A stretch of DNA of 64,000 bases from a virus. Position 1 is the stretch's first letter. Each line of letters opens with the position of its first letter. The translations under genes were made by a program, and so were the position numbers. A model generated the notes under the pieces. The model made no database searches. It was not told the origin of the DNA and worked only from the letters and a program-made list of their open reading frames with translations. The stretch covers positions 22,080-86,079 of the IMG/VR virus record IMGVR_UViG_3300045110_000277; one strand, 5' to 3'. Positions 27,969 through 38,396 of this stretch are shown piece by piece.

Positions 27969-28847
27969 GTGATCATCCGGCAGTCCGATCTTGCGGCGTA
28001 CGCCAGGTGCGCACGCCAGAGCAAGCTCGGCAAGGACTCTGCTGCGGGCATCATCGAGCCCGAGCGGCAGCTGAGCGCCACCGTCTACGGCACGGTGATG
28101 CACCACGCCCTGCAGGTCATGGAGACCCGGCACCACAACGGCGACTCTGACGCGGGCGACGTGGCGGTGGCCACCTTCGAGCACTACTGGCACCCGGACC
28201 ACATGGCCGACCTGACCCAGCCCGGTGATCAGACGCTGCGCGTGGACGAGTGGATCGCCCGGCAGACCTACGGCGGGATGCTGACCAAGGGCCGCCTGGC
28301 CCTGCGCGCGCACTACGAGTACCTCAAGGGCGACGTGGGCGAGCTGCTGGCCTTGGAGCTGCCCTTCCTGCTGCCGCTGGGTGACCTCGGGCTGCCGTAC
28401 GGCGAGCACCAGCTGCGCGGCATGGTCGACCGGCTGTCCCTGCGCAAGGTGAGCGGCAAGAAGTTCCTCAACCTGGAGGACTTCAAGACCGGCAAGCAGC
28501 CCACCTACCTGCGGTACAGCGTGCAGTTCACCTCGTACGCCTGGGCGTCCCTCCAGCCAGCCTTCTGGGACCCGTGGGGCGCCGACGCCGAGGACATGCG
28601 GGCGAGGACCCAGGCGCTGCCCCGGCGCGGCACGTGGATCGACATGAAGGTCGGCAAGCGAGTGGACGCCGGCTGGCGTGGACCCCAGGACTACGACCGC
28701 CTCATGGTCGCCCTGGCCGAGTACGTCCGGGCCGTCGAGCTGGGTGTCTACCCGCTCTCGATGACCGGCGAGAACTGCACGTACTGCCCCTTCCGTGACG
28801 CCTGTGCTGGCGTCCCCGTGCCCGATGAGGACCACGGTCGGCCATGA
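27969..28847 (+). CDS. PD-(D/E)XK RecB/Cas4-like exonuclease
   Basis: YARC, GTVMHHAL, LRGMVDRL, EDFKTG, QxxxY and CTYCPFRDAC Fe-S motif. Confidence 0.85.
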   Translation: MIIRQSDLAAYARCARQSKLGKDSAAGIIEPERQLSATVYGTVMHHALQVMETRHHNGDSDAGDVAVATFEHYWHPDHMADLTQPGDQTLRVDEWIARQTYGGMLTKGRLALRAHYEYLKGDVGELLALELPFLLPLGDLGLPYGEHQLRGMVDRLSLRKVSGKKFLNLEDFKTGKQPTYLRYSVQFTSYAWASLQPAFWDPWGADAEDMRARTQALPRRGTWIDMKVGKRVDAGWRGPQDYDRLMVALAEYVRAVELGVYPLSMTGENCTYCPFRDACAGVPVPDEDHGRP

Positions 28848-28870
28848 GATTCGATTGGAGAACCTGCCTC

Positions 28871-29512
28871 ATGTCCCTCAAGAGCGAGCTCTACAAGGAG
28901 CTCGGTGAGCTGGAGGACGCCAACGGGCGTCTGCGTGCTGCGATGGCTTCCTGCGAGCAGGAGCTGACCGAGACCCGGCTCGGTCGGGACGAGGCGCTGG
29001 CCCGTGAGTCCGACGCCAACGCCCACAACACCGCGCTGCAGGAGTCGCTGGAGCGGGCACGCCTGCAGCGCACCGACCTGCGTGAGCTGCTGCTGGCGGC
29101 GCGAACGACCATCAGCGAGCAGAAGCGTGACAACGAGCGTTTGACACTGGAGGGCAAGCTCCTCCTCGACCGCATCCAGGCGGTCCACACGCTGACCTGC
29201 CCGGACTGCTGGCCGGACGGCGTGATGTTCACCGGCCTGGGCCCGACCGGCTACGAGACGGAGACCGGCAGGGAGGTCCAGCAGGCCACCCCGTGGAGCC
29301 CGTGCGACAGGCACACCGCGGAGGTGCGCCACGCGGAGTTCCAGAGCCGCATCCTCGTGATGCCGTTCGAGCCGGCGCCGGGCCAGGCCGAGGACGGGTC
29401 CATCGACGACGCCGAGACGTACTTCGGCGAGGGCACCCACCTGGGCCTGGCCGAGCAGGCGGGCAAGGCGTTCCGTGACGCGGCGAACGCCGAGGGGATG
29501 CCGCAGCCGTGA
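28871..29512 (+). CDS. Coiled-coil hypothetical protein with CxxC
   Basis: Heptad-rich N-terminus. Confidence 0.7.
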   Translation: MSLKSELYKELGELEDANGRLRAAMASCEQELTETRLGRDEALARESDANAHNTALQESLERARLQRTDLRELLLAARTTISEQKRDNERLTLEGKLLLDRIQAVHTLTCPDCWPDGVMFTGLGPTGYETETGREVQQATPWSPCDRHTAEVRHAEFQSRILVMPFEPAPGQAEDGSIDDAETYFGEGTHLGLAEQAGKAFRDAANAEGMPQP

Positions 29513-29937
29513 CGTACGCCGCTGAGACGACGGTGACGGTGGGCCGGTCGCAGGAGGAGATCGTCAAGACCCTCATGCGGTACCGCGTCGACCAGTACAG
29601 CTTCGGCGCTGGCCGTACGTCGGCCATGGTCGAGTTCCTCATCAGCGGCTACCCCGTGCGCATCGCCGTGCCGGTCCCAGCCCGGCCCGAGCACCCGAAG
29701 ATGAAGTCGCCAACGACCGGTCGCATGGTCGACGCCGAGAAGGCGTGGGACCAGGTGGTGCGCCAGCGGTGGCGTGCGCTGCTGCTGCTCATCAAGGCGA
29801 ACCTCGAAGCCGTCGAGATGAACCTGCTCACGGTGGACCAGGCGTTCATGGCCTACCTCGTGACCGGCGACGGCAAGGTCCTCGGCGACACGGTGCTCCC
29901 GCAGTACGGCCGCGCGCTGAAGCAGCTGGAGGCGTGA
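29509..29937 (+). CDS. Conserved phage hypothetical protein
   Basis: YAAETTV...RSQEEI...RQRWRALLLLIKAxLEAVE. Confidence 0.75.
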   Translation: MTYAAETTVTVGRSQEEIVKTLMRYRVDQYSFGAGRTSAMVEFLISGYPVRIAVPVPARPEHPKMKSPTTGRMVDAEKAWDQVVRQRWRALLLLIKANLEAVEMNLLTVDQAFMAYLVTGDGKVLGDTVLPQYGRALKQLEA

Positions 29938-30221
29938 TGGACCTCCCGTTCCCGTACGACTCCTCGCTGAGCCTGGCCACAACGATGGGCAGCAAGTGGG
30001 GCGTGGGCACCACGCACGCCACGTACACCGGCCTCAAGGACGACATCTGGGGTCGCCAGCAGCACCTGCTGTGCAGCGACAAGCCGCTGCGCGGTCGGGT
30101 CGTCAAGAGCCGCACCTCCCTGAAGGTGCTGCGCGAACGAGTCCTGTGTGCCAAGTGCCGTCAACGCCTGTTGGCGCCAGCAAGCCGGAGATCCGCATGA
30201 CGATCATGGATGGAGATACCC

Positions 30222-30467
30222 ATGCCCGGACAGACCTCGGCAGCCCGGGACGCGATGCGGTCGCTGGTCCACCGCTTCGCGTACCACCCGCCGACGAGCC
30301 CACAGAGGGTGAAGGAGCACGAGCAGGCGAGGCAGAAGGTGCGCCTGCTGGCTCAGCACTTCCAGCGTTCGTTGCCGGAGGGCCGGGAGAAGGCCCTGGT
30401 GATGACGAAGCTGGAGGAGGCCCTGTTCTGGGCGAACGCAGCCGTGGCAAGGCAGTCCGACGACTGA
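30222..30467 (+). CDS. Acb2/Tad1-like cyclic-nucleotide sponge (anti-defence)
   Basis: RFAYHPP...PEGREKALVMTKLEEALFWANAAVAR hairpin signature. Confidence 0.7.
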   Translation: MPGQTSAARDAMRSLVHRFAYHPPTSPQRVKEHEQARQKVRLLAQHFQRSLPEGREKALVMTKLEEALFWANAAVARQSDD

Positions 30468-30699
30468 GCGCCGTCCCGGTCATCCGGGCGTCGCGCCAGG
30501 CCCTCCAAGCGGAGGTGCTCCTCGACTACCTGGGCCACGGCCAGGTGTCGCTGAACGTCCGCATCAGCCGGGGTGACCCGGAGCTGGTCAAGGCGCTCAA
30601 ACCGTTGCAGGCGCTGCTCGTTGCCCGCGCCAAGGCGGCCGTCTCACACATCGCTGACAGCTAACGGCTGACGGCTGACGGATCGAGAGAGAAGGAACC

Positions 30700-32139
30700 A
30701 TGCTGTTGATCAAGACGACCGGCATCGAGGACTACCTCGATGGCGGCGAGGGTCGGGTGAAGGCTCTGATCCAGGGCCAGCCCGGCTCGGGCAAGACGCG
30801 CTCGGCGTCGTTCTGGCCCAAGCCGCTGCTGCTCGACTGCGAGGACGGCCGCATGTCGGTCGCTGACCGGGGCATCGACTACGCCCGGATCGAGTCCTCG
30901 GAGGACATGAAGGCCGCGCTGAAGCTGGCGTGGATGGAGACCCAGAAGCCGGTCGAGGAGCGGCGCTGGATGACCCTGATCATCGACACGCTGGACTCGT
31001 ACCAGCGGATCGTGATCCAGGAGCGGCTCAAGGTCACCGGCAACGAGGGCCTGTCGGGCTGGGCGGACTGGGGCTACCTCGACGGGAAGATGCAGACGCT
31101 CGTCAGCGCGCTCCAGGCGCTGCGCATGAACGTCGTCGTCAACCTCCACGTCAAGGAGACCAAGGTCGGCGAGGACGAGGAGGGCAAGGGCGGCTACCTC
31201 GTCCAGGGCCCGAAGCTGAAGGGCGACCTGCGCGAGCAGATCGGTGCCGAGTTCGACCTGGTGGGCCACATGGGCACCACCTTCGAGAGCAACGGCGAGG
31301 AGCGCACGCAGGTCCGAGGCGTCCAGTGGCACGCCACGCCGGATCGGCCGGGCCTGAAGGACCGCTCGGGCACGTTGCCGAAGTGGACCCCGGTCACCTT
31401 CACCGACGACGACTACTACGGGCTGTTCTCCCGGCTGATCGAGAAGGCTGAGACGCTCCAGGAGTCCCGGGTGGTGCAGGAGGTCGAGACCGAGGCGCTG
31501 CCTCAGCCGGTGGGCCCGATGGCCGGGGGCCCGGTGGCGGCCAAGAAGGCTGCGGCTGCTCCGCCGGCGAAGAAGGCCGCAGCGGCACAGGTGCCAACGC
31601 CCGTTGACACCCCGCCCGCAGCTGCAGCTGTGCCGGCGGCACCTGCAGCTCGGGCTGTTCCGGCTGCAGCCAAGCCGGTCATCGGTGGCGCGAGTTCTGC
31701 GCCAGCCGCTGCACCCGTCGAGGCCCCAGCAGTTGTGGCCGAACCGGTGGCGGAGCCCCAGCCTGAGCCTGAGCCGACGGTCGAGGAAGCCGTCGCAACG
31801 GTGGAGGAGGCGCTCGGAGGCACGGTTATCTCCGAGCCCGCACCTGCCGATGGGCCAACGGTGACACCTGCCGAGGCACCTGCTGCCCCGGCCCCGGTCG
31901 CACCGGCTGCTGAGTCCACCGACTTCCCCGCCTGCGGTCAGGGCCGGGACGCCGACGTGGAGAACCCCGTACCCGGCTGCGGCAAGGTGCTGCGGATCGG
32001 CAAGGGACCTGACGGGTCGCTCGTCATCGACGACCCCGACGAGAACCCGGACCTCATCGAGATCGCCGGGCTGAAGACGCGGACGTGGCTGTGCAACAGC
32101 GACTTCGCTACCTACCGCGCCAACGCGAAGAAGGGCTGA
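30700..32139 (+). CDS. Sak4-like (AAA_24) recombination ATPase with long C-terminal extension
   Basis: GQPGSGKT, PKPLLLDCEDG, IIDTLD, LKDRSG. Confidence 0.85.
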   Translation: MLLIKTTGIEDYLDGGEGRVKALIQGQPGSGKTRSASFWPKPLLLDCEDGRMSVADRGIDYARIESSEDMKAALKLAWMETQKPVEERRWMTLIIDTLDSYQRIVIQERLKVTGNEGLSGWADWGYLDGKMQTLVSALQALRMNVVVNLHVKETKVGEDEEGKGGYLVQGPKLKGDLREQIGAEFDLVGHMGTTFESNGEERTQVRGVQWHATPDRPGLKDRSGTLPKWTPVTFTDDDYYGLFSRLIEKAETLQESRVVQEVETEALPQPVGPMAGGPVAAKKAAAAPPAKKAAAAQVPTPVDTPPAAAAVPAAPAARAVPAAAKPVIGGASSAPAAAPVEAPAVVAEPVAEPQPEPEPTVEEAVATVEEALGGTVISEPAPADGPTVTPAEAPAAPAPVAPAAESTDFPACGQGRDADVENPVPGCGKVLRIGKGPDGSLVIDDPDENPDLIEIAGLKTRTWLCNSDFATYRANAKKG

Positions 32140-32145
32140 CCTGCC

Positions 32146-32631
32146 ATGCCGAAGGGCACCGTTACCGAAGCCGTCAACTACCCGATCCCGACCGAGACCC
32201 TCTGCCCGGCCAAGCTCCAGAGCGTGGACGAGGTGACCGTCCCCTTCACGTACAAGAAGGGCGACAAGGTGGGTCAGCAGGGCTCGTTCAACAAGTGGAC
32301 GTGGACCTTCAAGATCTACGAGGGCCCGTACGCAGGCATGACCGTCGAGGGCTCGTCCGAGCCCAACGTCACCAACGCGGACACCCCGAGCGGCTTCCTC
32401 GCTCTGGCCCGGCCGTGGTACGAGACCCTGCTCGGCCGCGAGCTGCGCCTGGGTGAGGCCGTGGACACCGACGTGCTGCTCGGCCTGCCGTGCCAGATCA
32501 CGGTGAAGCACCTGGATCCCCGGCCGAAGCGTGACGGCGACGGCTTCTGGTTCAACACCGAGGTCGAGGACGTGCTGCCCGCGAAGAAGAACGCGGACGG
32601 CACCGTGGCGTACGACGAGCCGCCCTTCTAG
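32146..32631 (+). CDS. Phage ssDNA-binding-like protein
   Basis: Follows Sak4; acidic DEPPF tail. Confidence 0.65.
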   Translation: MPKGTVTEAVNYPIPTETLCPAKLQSVDEVTVPFTYKKGDKVGQQGSFNKWTWTFKIYEGPYAGMTVEGSSEPNVTNADTPSGFLALARPWYETLLGRELRLGEAVDTDVLLGLPCQITVKHLDPRPKRDGDGFWFNTEVEDVLPAKKNADGTVAYDEPPF

Positions 32632-32638
32632 CAAGACT

Positions 32639-32679
32639 CCGTTGCGGCCCTCTGGTCCCGAGTCGGAGGGCCGCAACGG
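32639..32679 (+). terminator. Strong hairpin (terminator or processing site)
   Basis: CCGTTGCGGCCCTC...GAGGGCCGCAACGG 14-bp perfect stem. Confidence 0.65.
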
Positions 32680-32714
32680 TCCTTGGCATCCGCAAGTCCA
32701 TCCCCAGCCGAGGA

Positions 32715-34622
32715 GTGTTCGTGGAAGACGCCATCGCCTATCTCGCCAGCAAGGCCATCCGTGTGGCCCGCGGTCCTGGTGAGGAGGTCATCGTCCACTG
32801 TCTGTTCTGCCCGGACGGTGACCCCAAGGGCAAGGGCAAGATGTACGTCAACGCCGACACCTGGCTGTACGACTGCAAGCGGTGCGGCACTCGGGGCAAC
32901 CGCAAGACCCTCATGCGCCACTTCGGCGACGAGGACGTGGTGGAGTACATGCCGGGGCTGAACCCGGCGATGCGGCGCAAGGCTCTGTCGGAGGCCACCG
33001 ACATCGCAGCCGAGATGCTGCTGGAGAACCAGCCGATCCTGGACCAGCTCAAGGCCCGCGGCCTGTCCATGCGAACCATCGTTGACGCCCGGCTGGGCTA
33101 CGTGCCCACCGGCTGGAGCCTGTGCGGCTCGTTGAAGTCGACGAACGTGGTCGCCGACCTGATCGCCTCGGGCCTGATGACCGAGAAGGGCCAGGACTTC
33201 CTGGCCAACCGGATCACCATCCCGTACCAGTCGCACGGCGACGTGGTGCAGCTCCGGGGCAAGGACCCACAGCCTGGCGGCAAGTACCTGACGCCCACGG
33301 GTGACGCGGTGCGGCTATACAACGCCGACCGGCTCCAGGACGCGCTCGACGTGATCATCGTGGAGGGGGAGTTCGATGCGCTCGTCCTCCAGCAACACCT
33401 CCAGCTGAGTGGCGACTCGAAGCTGATGGCGACAGCGGTCGTTGGCATCCCTGGCGCTGAAGCACTTCCGACGGGCTTCCTCTCCTACTTCGAGGGCGCC
33501 CGTCGGGTGTACGTGGCGCTGGACCCCGACGACACGGGGATGCGGGCGGCGATCCGCATCAAGGACCTGCTGGGTAGCAAGGCCCGTATCGTCCACCTGC
33601 CCGAGGACCTGCCCAAGTGCGACTGGTCAGAGTTCTTCTCGGCCCGGGGCAAGACCTGGCGTGACGTGGTGCCGCTGCTGGCTGCTGCTGACTCCGAGGG
33701 CCGCAGGCTGTGGACCATCGGTGACGCGGAGACCTCGTGGCGCTACGTCGAGGACGAGGTGGGCGGCGTCAAGCTGGGCTTCCCAGAGCTGGACGACTGG
33801 ATGGACCCAGGCATGAAGCCGGGCCAGGTGTTGATCCCGCTGGCGAAGACGGGCGTTGGCAAGACCAACTTCCTGTGCAACGTGGCCTGGTACACCCGCA
33901 CCCGCCCGCTGCTGTACGTCACGTTGGAGATGACGCGCGCCGAGATCTACGAGCGGCTGCGGCGCATCGCGTTCTTCTGGAACCCGCTCTACACCGACGA
34001 GCAGATCCGCGAGGAGTTCAAGCTCCTGCGCATCGTGGACCAGAACAGGCTCAAGGAGGGCGACCTGGCCCGGCTGTGCGAGGAGTACGCCGAGGAGGTC
34101 GGCATCGCCCCGCAGCTGGCGTTCGTGGACTACCTGGGCTACTACGCCAAGGGCGTCAAGGGCACCGGGCTGTACGAGAAGACCACCAACGCGGCGATGA
34201 GCTTGAAGGAGGACGCCAAGGGTGCGTTCGTCTCGCTGATCACCCCGCACCAGGTGAACCGTTCGGCGGACGACGGCAAGCCGCTGGACATGGACGACGC
34301 GCGTGACTCCGGTGCGGTCGAGGAGACGGCCGACATGATCATCAGCCTGTACGCGCCGGCGGACTCGGTGAAGGCGGTCGACGGGCGCCCCACGTCAGCG
34401 ACCGTTCGCACCCAGATCCTGAAGAACCGCAACGGGCCCAAGGGGATGGCGGCGTCGTTCACGTTCAGCAACGCCTCGCTGGTGCTGGTCCCGGCGAACA
34501 CTCCAGCCGCACAGCTCTGCGAGGAGGAGAACCGGATGATCTGGCGCGGTGCCAAGTACCCGGAGGTCCGGGCCTTCCGTCGTGGCGGCGAGCACGCCGA
34601 CCGACAGCTGCGGCTGGCGTGA
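32715..34622 (+). CDS. DNA primase-helicase (Zn finger, TOPRIM, SF4 helicase)
   Basis: CLFC/CKRC, EGEFD, DPDDTG, AKTGVGKT, VDYLG, LKNRNG. Confidence 0.92.
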   Translation: MFVEDAIAYLASKAIRVARGPGEEVIVHCLFCPDGDPKGKGKMYVNADTWLYDCKRCGTRGNRKTLMRHFGDEDVVEYMPGLNPAMRRKALSEATDIAAEMLLENQPILDQLKARGLSMRTIVDARLGYVPTGWSLCGSLKSTNVVADLIASGLMTEKGQDFLANRITIPYQSHGDVVQLRGKDPQPGGKYLTPTGDAVRLYNADRLQDALDVIIVEGEFDALVLQQHLQLSGDSKLMATAVVGIPGAEALPTGFLSYFEGARRVYVALDPDDTGMRAAIRIKDLLGSKARIVHLPEDLPKCDWSEFFSARGKTWRDVVPLLAAADSEGRRLWTIGDAETSWRYVEDEVGGVKLGFPELDDWMDPGMKPGQVLIPLAKTGVGKTNFLCNVAWYTRTRPLLYVTLEMTRAEIYERLRRIAFFWNPLYTDEQIREEFKLLRIVDQNRLKEGDLARLCEEYAEEVGIAPQLAFVDYLGYYAKGVKGTGLYEKTTNAAMSLKEDAKGAFVSLITPHQVNRSADDGKPLDMDDARDSGAVEETADMIISLYAPADSVKAVDGRPTSATVRTQILKNRNGPKGMAASFTFSNASLVLVPANTPAAQLCEEENRMIWRGAKYPEVRAFRRGGEHADRQLRLA

Positions 34623-34623
34623 C

Positions 34624-34851
34624 ATGGCCTACGTCCGGCCGCCGACGCCCGTTGGCACCGCACCCACAGAGCGGGAGATCGAGGTCGCCCAGCTCGTAGC
34701 GATGGGCCACAGCAACAAGGTGATCGGCAAGCGGTTGTACCTGTCCGAGGACACCGTGAAGACCCACCTGCGGCACCTGTCCGCACGGCTGGGCACCAAG
34801 AGCAGGGCGCACACGGTGATGGTGCTGCTGCGACGGGGGCTGATCCGGTGA
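34624..34851 (+). CDS. Stand-alone LuxR HTH, BldM-like DNA-binding domain
   Basis: TEREIEV...GHSNKVIGKRLYLSEDTVKTH...RAHTV...RGLIR; no receiver domain. Confidence 0.8.
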   Translation: MAYVRPPTPVGTAPTEREIEVAQLVAMGHSNKVIGKRLYLSEDTVKTHLRHLSARLGTKSRAHTVMVLLRRGLIR

Positions 34852-35063
34852 GAGCCTCGCTGATCGAGAAGCCGCTGACGGCCCGGGAGATCGAGGTCAT
34901 CCAGCTGATCGCGGACGGCCATGGCAACCGGGAGGTCGCCGAGCGGCTGCACTTGTCCCCGCTGACGATCAAGAGCCACCTGGCCCGCATCGCGTTCAAG
35001 CTGGGCAACGGCTCGCGCGCAGCCCAGGTCGCCATCGCTTGGCGGAGGGGGCTGCTGCGATGA
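34848..35063 (+). CDS. Stand-alone LuxR HTH, WhiI-like DNA-binding domain
   Basis: LTAREIEV...LSPLTIKSHLARIAFKLG..SRAAQVAIA; no receiver domain. Confidence 0.8.
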   Translation: MRASLIEKPLTAREIEVIQLIADGHGNREVAERLHLSPLTIKSHLARIAFKLGNGSRAAQVAIAWRRGLLR

Positions 35064-35527
35064 ACGACTACACCCGTTGGCAGCACCACGACCCGACGAC
35101 CCACGGCGAGCTGTACGACATGCTCCGCTGGATGTTCGGGCTCGGCTCGTGGGATGAGGTCACCGCCGAGGAGCCGTACTTCAAGGCGCGCGGCACCGAG
35201 ATGGGCAAGCTGAAGCGGACGATGACCGCCCGCCAGGTGGGCATCCCCGAGGCCGTGCTGGCCGCCCGGTACTGCTACCGGCACCGCATCCCGGTGCTGT
35301 GGACCACGGAGATCTTCAAGCACCTGGCTGCTGCGCGCCGCGAGGCCGCTGAGTTCGCCCGCGGTGACATCCAGCGGGAGATGGAGGCCGCCATCAGGTG
35401 CGAACGCTCGTTGGCACGTGCTTCGAGCGACGACTGGGTGAGCCGGCTGACCCGGGCCCAGGGCGACTACCGAAGGGAGGTGCTCGACTCATGGCGGCTC
35501 AGCCAGCAGACGCAGGCGGTGTCCTGA
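35060..35527 (+). CDS. Hypothetical protein
   Basis: ATGA-coupled; codon bias. Confidence 0.7.
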   Translation: MNDYTRWQHHDPTTHGELYDMLRWMFGLGSWDEVTAEEPYFKARGTEMGKLKRTMTARQVGIPEAVLAARYCYRHRIPVLWTTEIFKHLAAARREAAEFARGDIQREMEAAIRCERSLARASSDDWVSRLTRAQGDYRREVLDSWRLSQQTQAVS

Positions 35528-37142
35528 TCCCGTTCCCGGGCCCGGAGCGCACGTGCTTCGTGTGCCCCCACCACGAGGACACGACAGACGAGGACAACGG
35601 GCTGGCGTCGTGGTGCTCCGCATGGGAGCAGCCCATCGACAGCGAGACGTACGAGGCAGAGGACTGCTCCCTGTTCGAGATCGACCGAGAGAAGGTGCTC
35701 CCGATATGAGAGCGAAACTGCTCGACCCGACAGAGCACTACCCGATCCCGATCATGCACCGCCAGCGGTTCCGGGGCTCCGGCATCACGCTGGGCTGCAC
35801 CCACGCGGACTGCCGCTGGGTGCTGGACCGGCAGCTCATCCTGGGCGAGGACCTGAAGGAGCTGTTCGCCCTGTTCCACCCGCACGAGCCAACGGACGTT
35901 CGCAACGTGGGCATCCTCGGACATCCAGGGGCCGCCGACGGCCTGGACCTGCCGCAGCGCAGCGAGGACGCGCCGATCCCGTACGAGCCGGTGGTCATCG
36001 AGCAGCCGGTGGTCACGGTGCGTGAGCCGTTCGTCGAGGCGGTCGAGGCGCTGAACGACCGGTACCCAGCGAAGAAGCAGAAGACCGCGAAGGCCCCGTG
36101 TCACAACGACCGTTGCAGCCTGGGCTACAACCATCTCGGCCGCTGCGACGCCAGCACGACCAAGGTTAGCGACTGCCCGTGTCCAGCGACGATGCGGTAC
36201 TCGCTTCGGAAGATCTACTACCCGGAGTGCCCGGTGCATGGGGCCGACTCGTGAGCGCCGAGCGGTGCGAGAAGACGGACCTGCTCGTGGACCAGTGTGG
36301 CTGCGACATCCACCGGCCGCCCGTCAACGTGCCCTTCATGGCCCGCTACCCGGGCTACTGCTACACGTGCGACAAGCCGTTCGTGGCTGGCGACAAGATC
36401 CGCGAGAACGAGCTGGGCCAGTACGCCCATGCGAGCCACCGATGACCCGCGCTGGGGTCAGCGACATCATCCTCGGCGTCCTGCTCGTGGCCGGTGTCGT
36501 CTGGGTGTGGCGGGACGCGACCAGGGAAGCCCGTGAGCACAAGTTCGTGGAGGAGGTGGAGGCATGGCGACGCACGTACAGCCAGGGGTGACCCCGAGCA
36601 TGATCCACGAGTGGCGGACCAGCGTGATGGCGGTCGGCCCCGAGCACTACGAGGTCACCTGGTGCATCCGGCACGGCGAGGTGGCCAAGACGGCGATCTT
36701 GGTGGCGAGTCACCCGATCCTGGCGGGCTACCGGTGAAGCTCCTGTGCTGGCTGCTGCGCGGCCACGACTACAAGCTGCGGTGGGCCCTCATGGAGATCC
36801 GCTGCACCCGCTGCGGGGCCAAGCTCTGATGCCAGCAAAGCAAACGCTGGAGACCCGGCGTGTCCCGACGTTCCACGCCCACGGTTGCTGCAACTGTGGC
36901 CGTAGGTACCAGGACGCCTGCGCGACACCCCTGCACAACGGCCATTGCAACACCTGCTCTCTGGGGCACCCGCCCTCGCTCACGGACAACAACTACCTGC
37001 CCAAAGCCTGCTGCCGAGTGGCCAGCCGCCTGATGACGACGGTCGATGACCACAAGCGGTGGGCCCTGGGTGGCGAGGGGCCCTGGTACCGCTGCTTCAC
37101 CTGCTCACGCACGCACCCGTTCAACCCAGCCGAGAGGAAGCC

Positions 37143-37613
37143 ATGAGTGCCCAGCCCGAGGAGGTCGCGGCCGCCCTGGCTTCGGTCCCGACCGACCCGT
37201 TCCAGCCCGTCGTCGTCCCGACGATCCCAGCCCCGGCTGTCGCCGGCGCCCCAGTCGCGGCACCTCCCGTGGCGCCAACGCCCGCTGCCATCCCCACGGC
37301 CGCAGCTGCCCTCCCGACTTTCGAGGGCGCCAAGGTCGAGCGGGTCGCGCTCAAGATCAGCGGCGCGGCGACCGTGGAGATGTACGACCGGCAGCTTCCC
37401 AACGCTGACCCGCGTGATGTGCAGGGCCTGGTGTCCCTGGACGACCGGGTACGCCTGGTCGGGGACTACCGCGTCGTCGGCGTCCACTTCGTGGTGGACC
37501 CCAAGACGGGTGACGCCGTGCGGATGCAGATCTTGAAGCCGCTGGAGCTGGAGATCTGCCCGTGGGACCCGTCCGACCCGACGGACACGGGGATCGTGCG
37601 AGCCCGGCCATGA
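37143..37613 (+). CDS. Hypothetical protein, Pro/Ala-rich N-terminus
   Basis: GAGGAA RBS; codon bias. Confidence 0.7.
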   Translation: MSAQPEEVAAALASVPTDPFQPVVVPTIPAPAVAGAPVAAPPVAPTPAAIPTAAAALPTFEGAKVERVALKISGAATVEMYDRQLPNADPRDVQGLVSLDDRVRLVGDYRVVGVHFVVDPKTGDAVRMQILKPLELEICPWDPSDPTDTGIVRARP

Positions 37614-37809
37614 CGCCGGAGGGCGTCCGCAGCAAGGAGAACGCGCGAACGCTCGTTCGTGAGGCAGCCGTGGAGCTGGAGCTGGCCATCCACTACGCCG
37701 AGCGGCACCCGTCAGACCCGTCCGGGTCGCATGACCTGGACTACCGCCAGGACAACTTCGGTGAGGCGCTCGACTGCTACGTGCGCTTCGTGACGCAGGG
37801 AGTAACCAC

Positions 37810-38139
37810 GTGAGCAACGCCCGGCACGCCCACCCGCTCGGCCCAGGGGTCGAGGCGGCCATCGCCCAGGCTGAGGCCCAGCAGAAGAACGCGGACGTGA
37901 TGGCCCAGCTGCCCGAGATGGTCCGACCGCAGCCGTACCCGAAGGCCATCGGTATCGGCATCGAGGAGTGGGGCGGCGAACGAGTGTTCGCACTCCAGGT
38001 CTTCTCAGCTCACGGGATCCGGGTGCTGCACTTCACCCCGGACGAGTGGGACGGGCTCAACCAACAGGTGCAGGCCCGCATGGTCGAGTGCCGTACCGGC
38101 CTGCAGGTCGCGCACGGCGGCATCCCGCTGCTCGGCTGA
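37810..38139 (+). CDS. Hypothetical protein
   Basis: GGGAG RBS. Confidence 0.65.
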   Translation: MSNARHAHPLGPGVEAAIAQAEAQQKNADVMAQLPEMVRPQPYPKAIGIGIEEWGGERVFALQVFSAHGIRVLHFTPDEWDGLNQQVQARMVECRTGLQVAHGGIPLLG

Positions 38140-38396
38140 TGAACCGGGCGGACATCCTGGCCGAGGCGGCTCGTCTGACCACCGAGGACCGGGACAAGGA
38201 CTACGGGGACCCGCTGACCAACCACAAGCGGATCGCCAAGCTGTGGTCGGTGGTGCTGGGGCACAAGGTGACCCCGGCCCAGGTGGCGCTGTGCATGGTG
38301 CAGGTCAAGGTGGCCCGGCTGATCGTGACGCCTGACCACACCGACAGCAACGTGGACGGCGCCGCGTACCTGGCCATCGCAGGGGAGATCGTCTGA
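38139..38396 (+). CDS. DUF6378-like protein
   Basis: ILxEAxxL...DRxxDYGDP..NH.RIA.LWS...VALCM...KVARL...DSxVDGAAY. Confidence 0.8.
   Translation: MNRADILAEAARLTTEDRDKDYGDPLTNHKRIAKLWSVVLGHKVTPAQVALCMVQVKVARLIVTPDHTDSNVDGAAYLAIAGEIV

Noticed and set aside
27969-28847. Cas4 of a CRISPR system
   Set aside because: Context near Sak4 and SSB indicates the usual phage recombination exonuclease.
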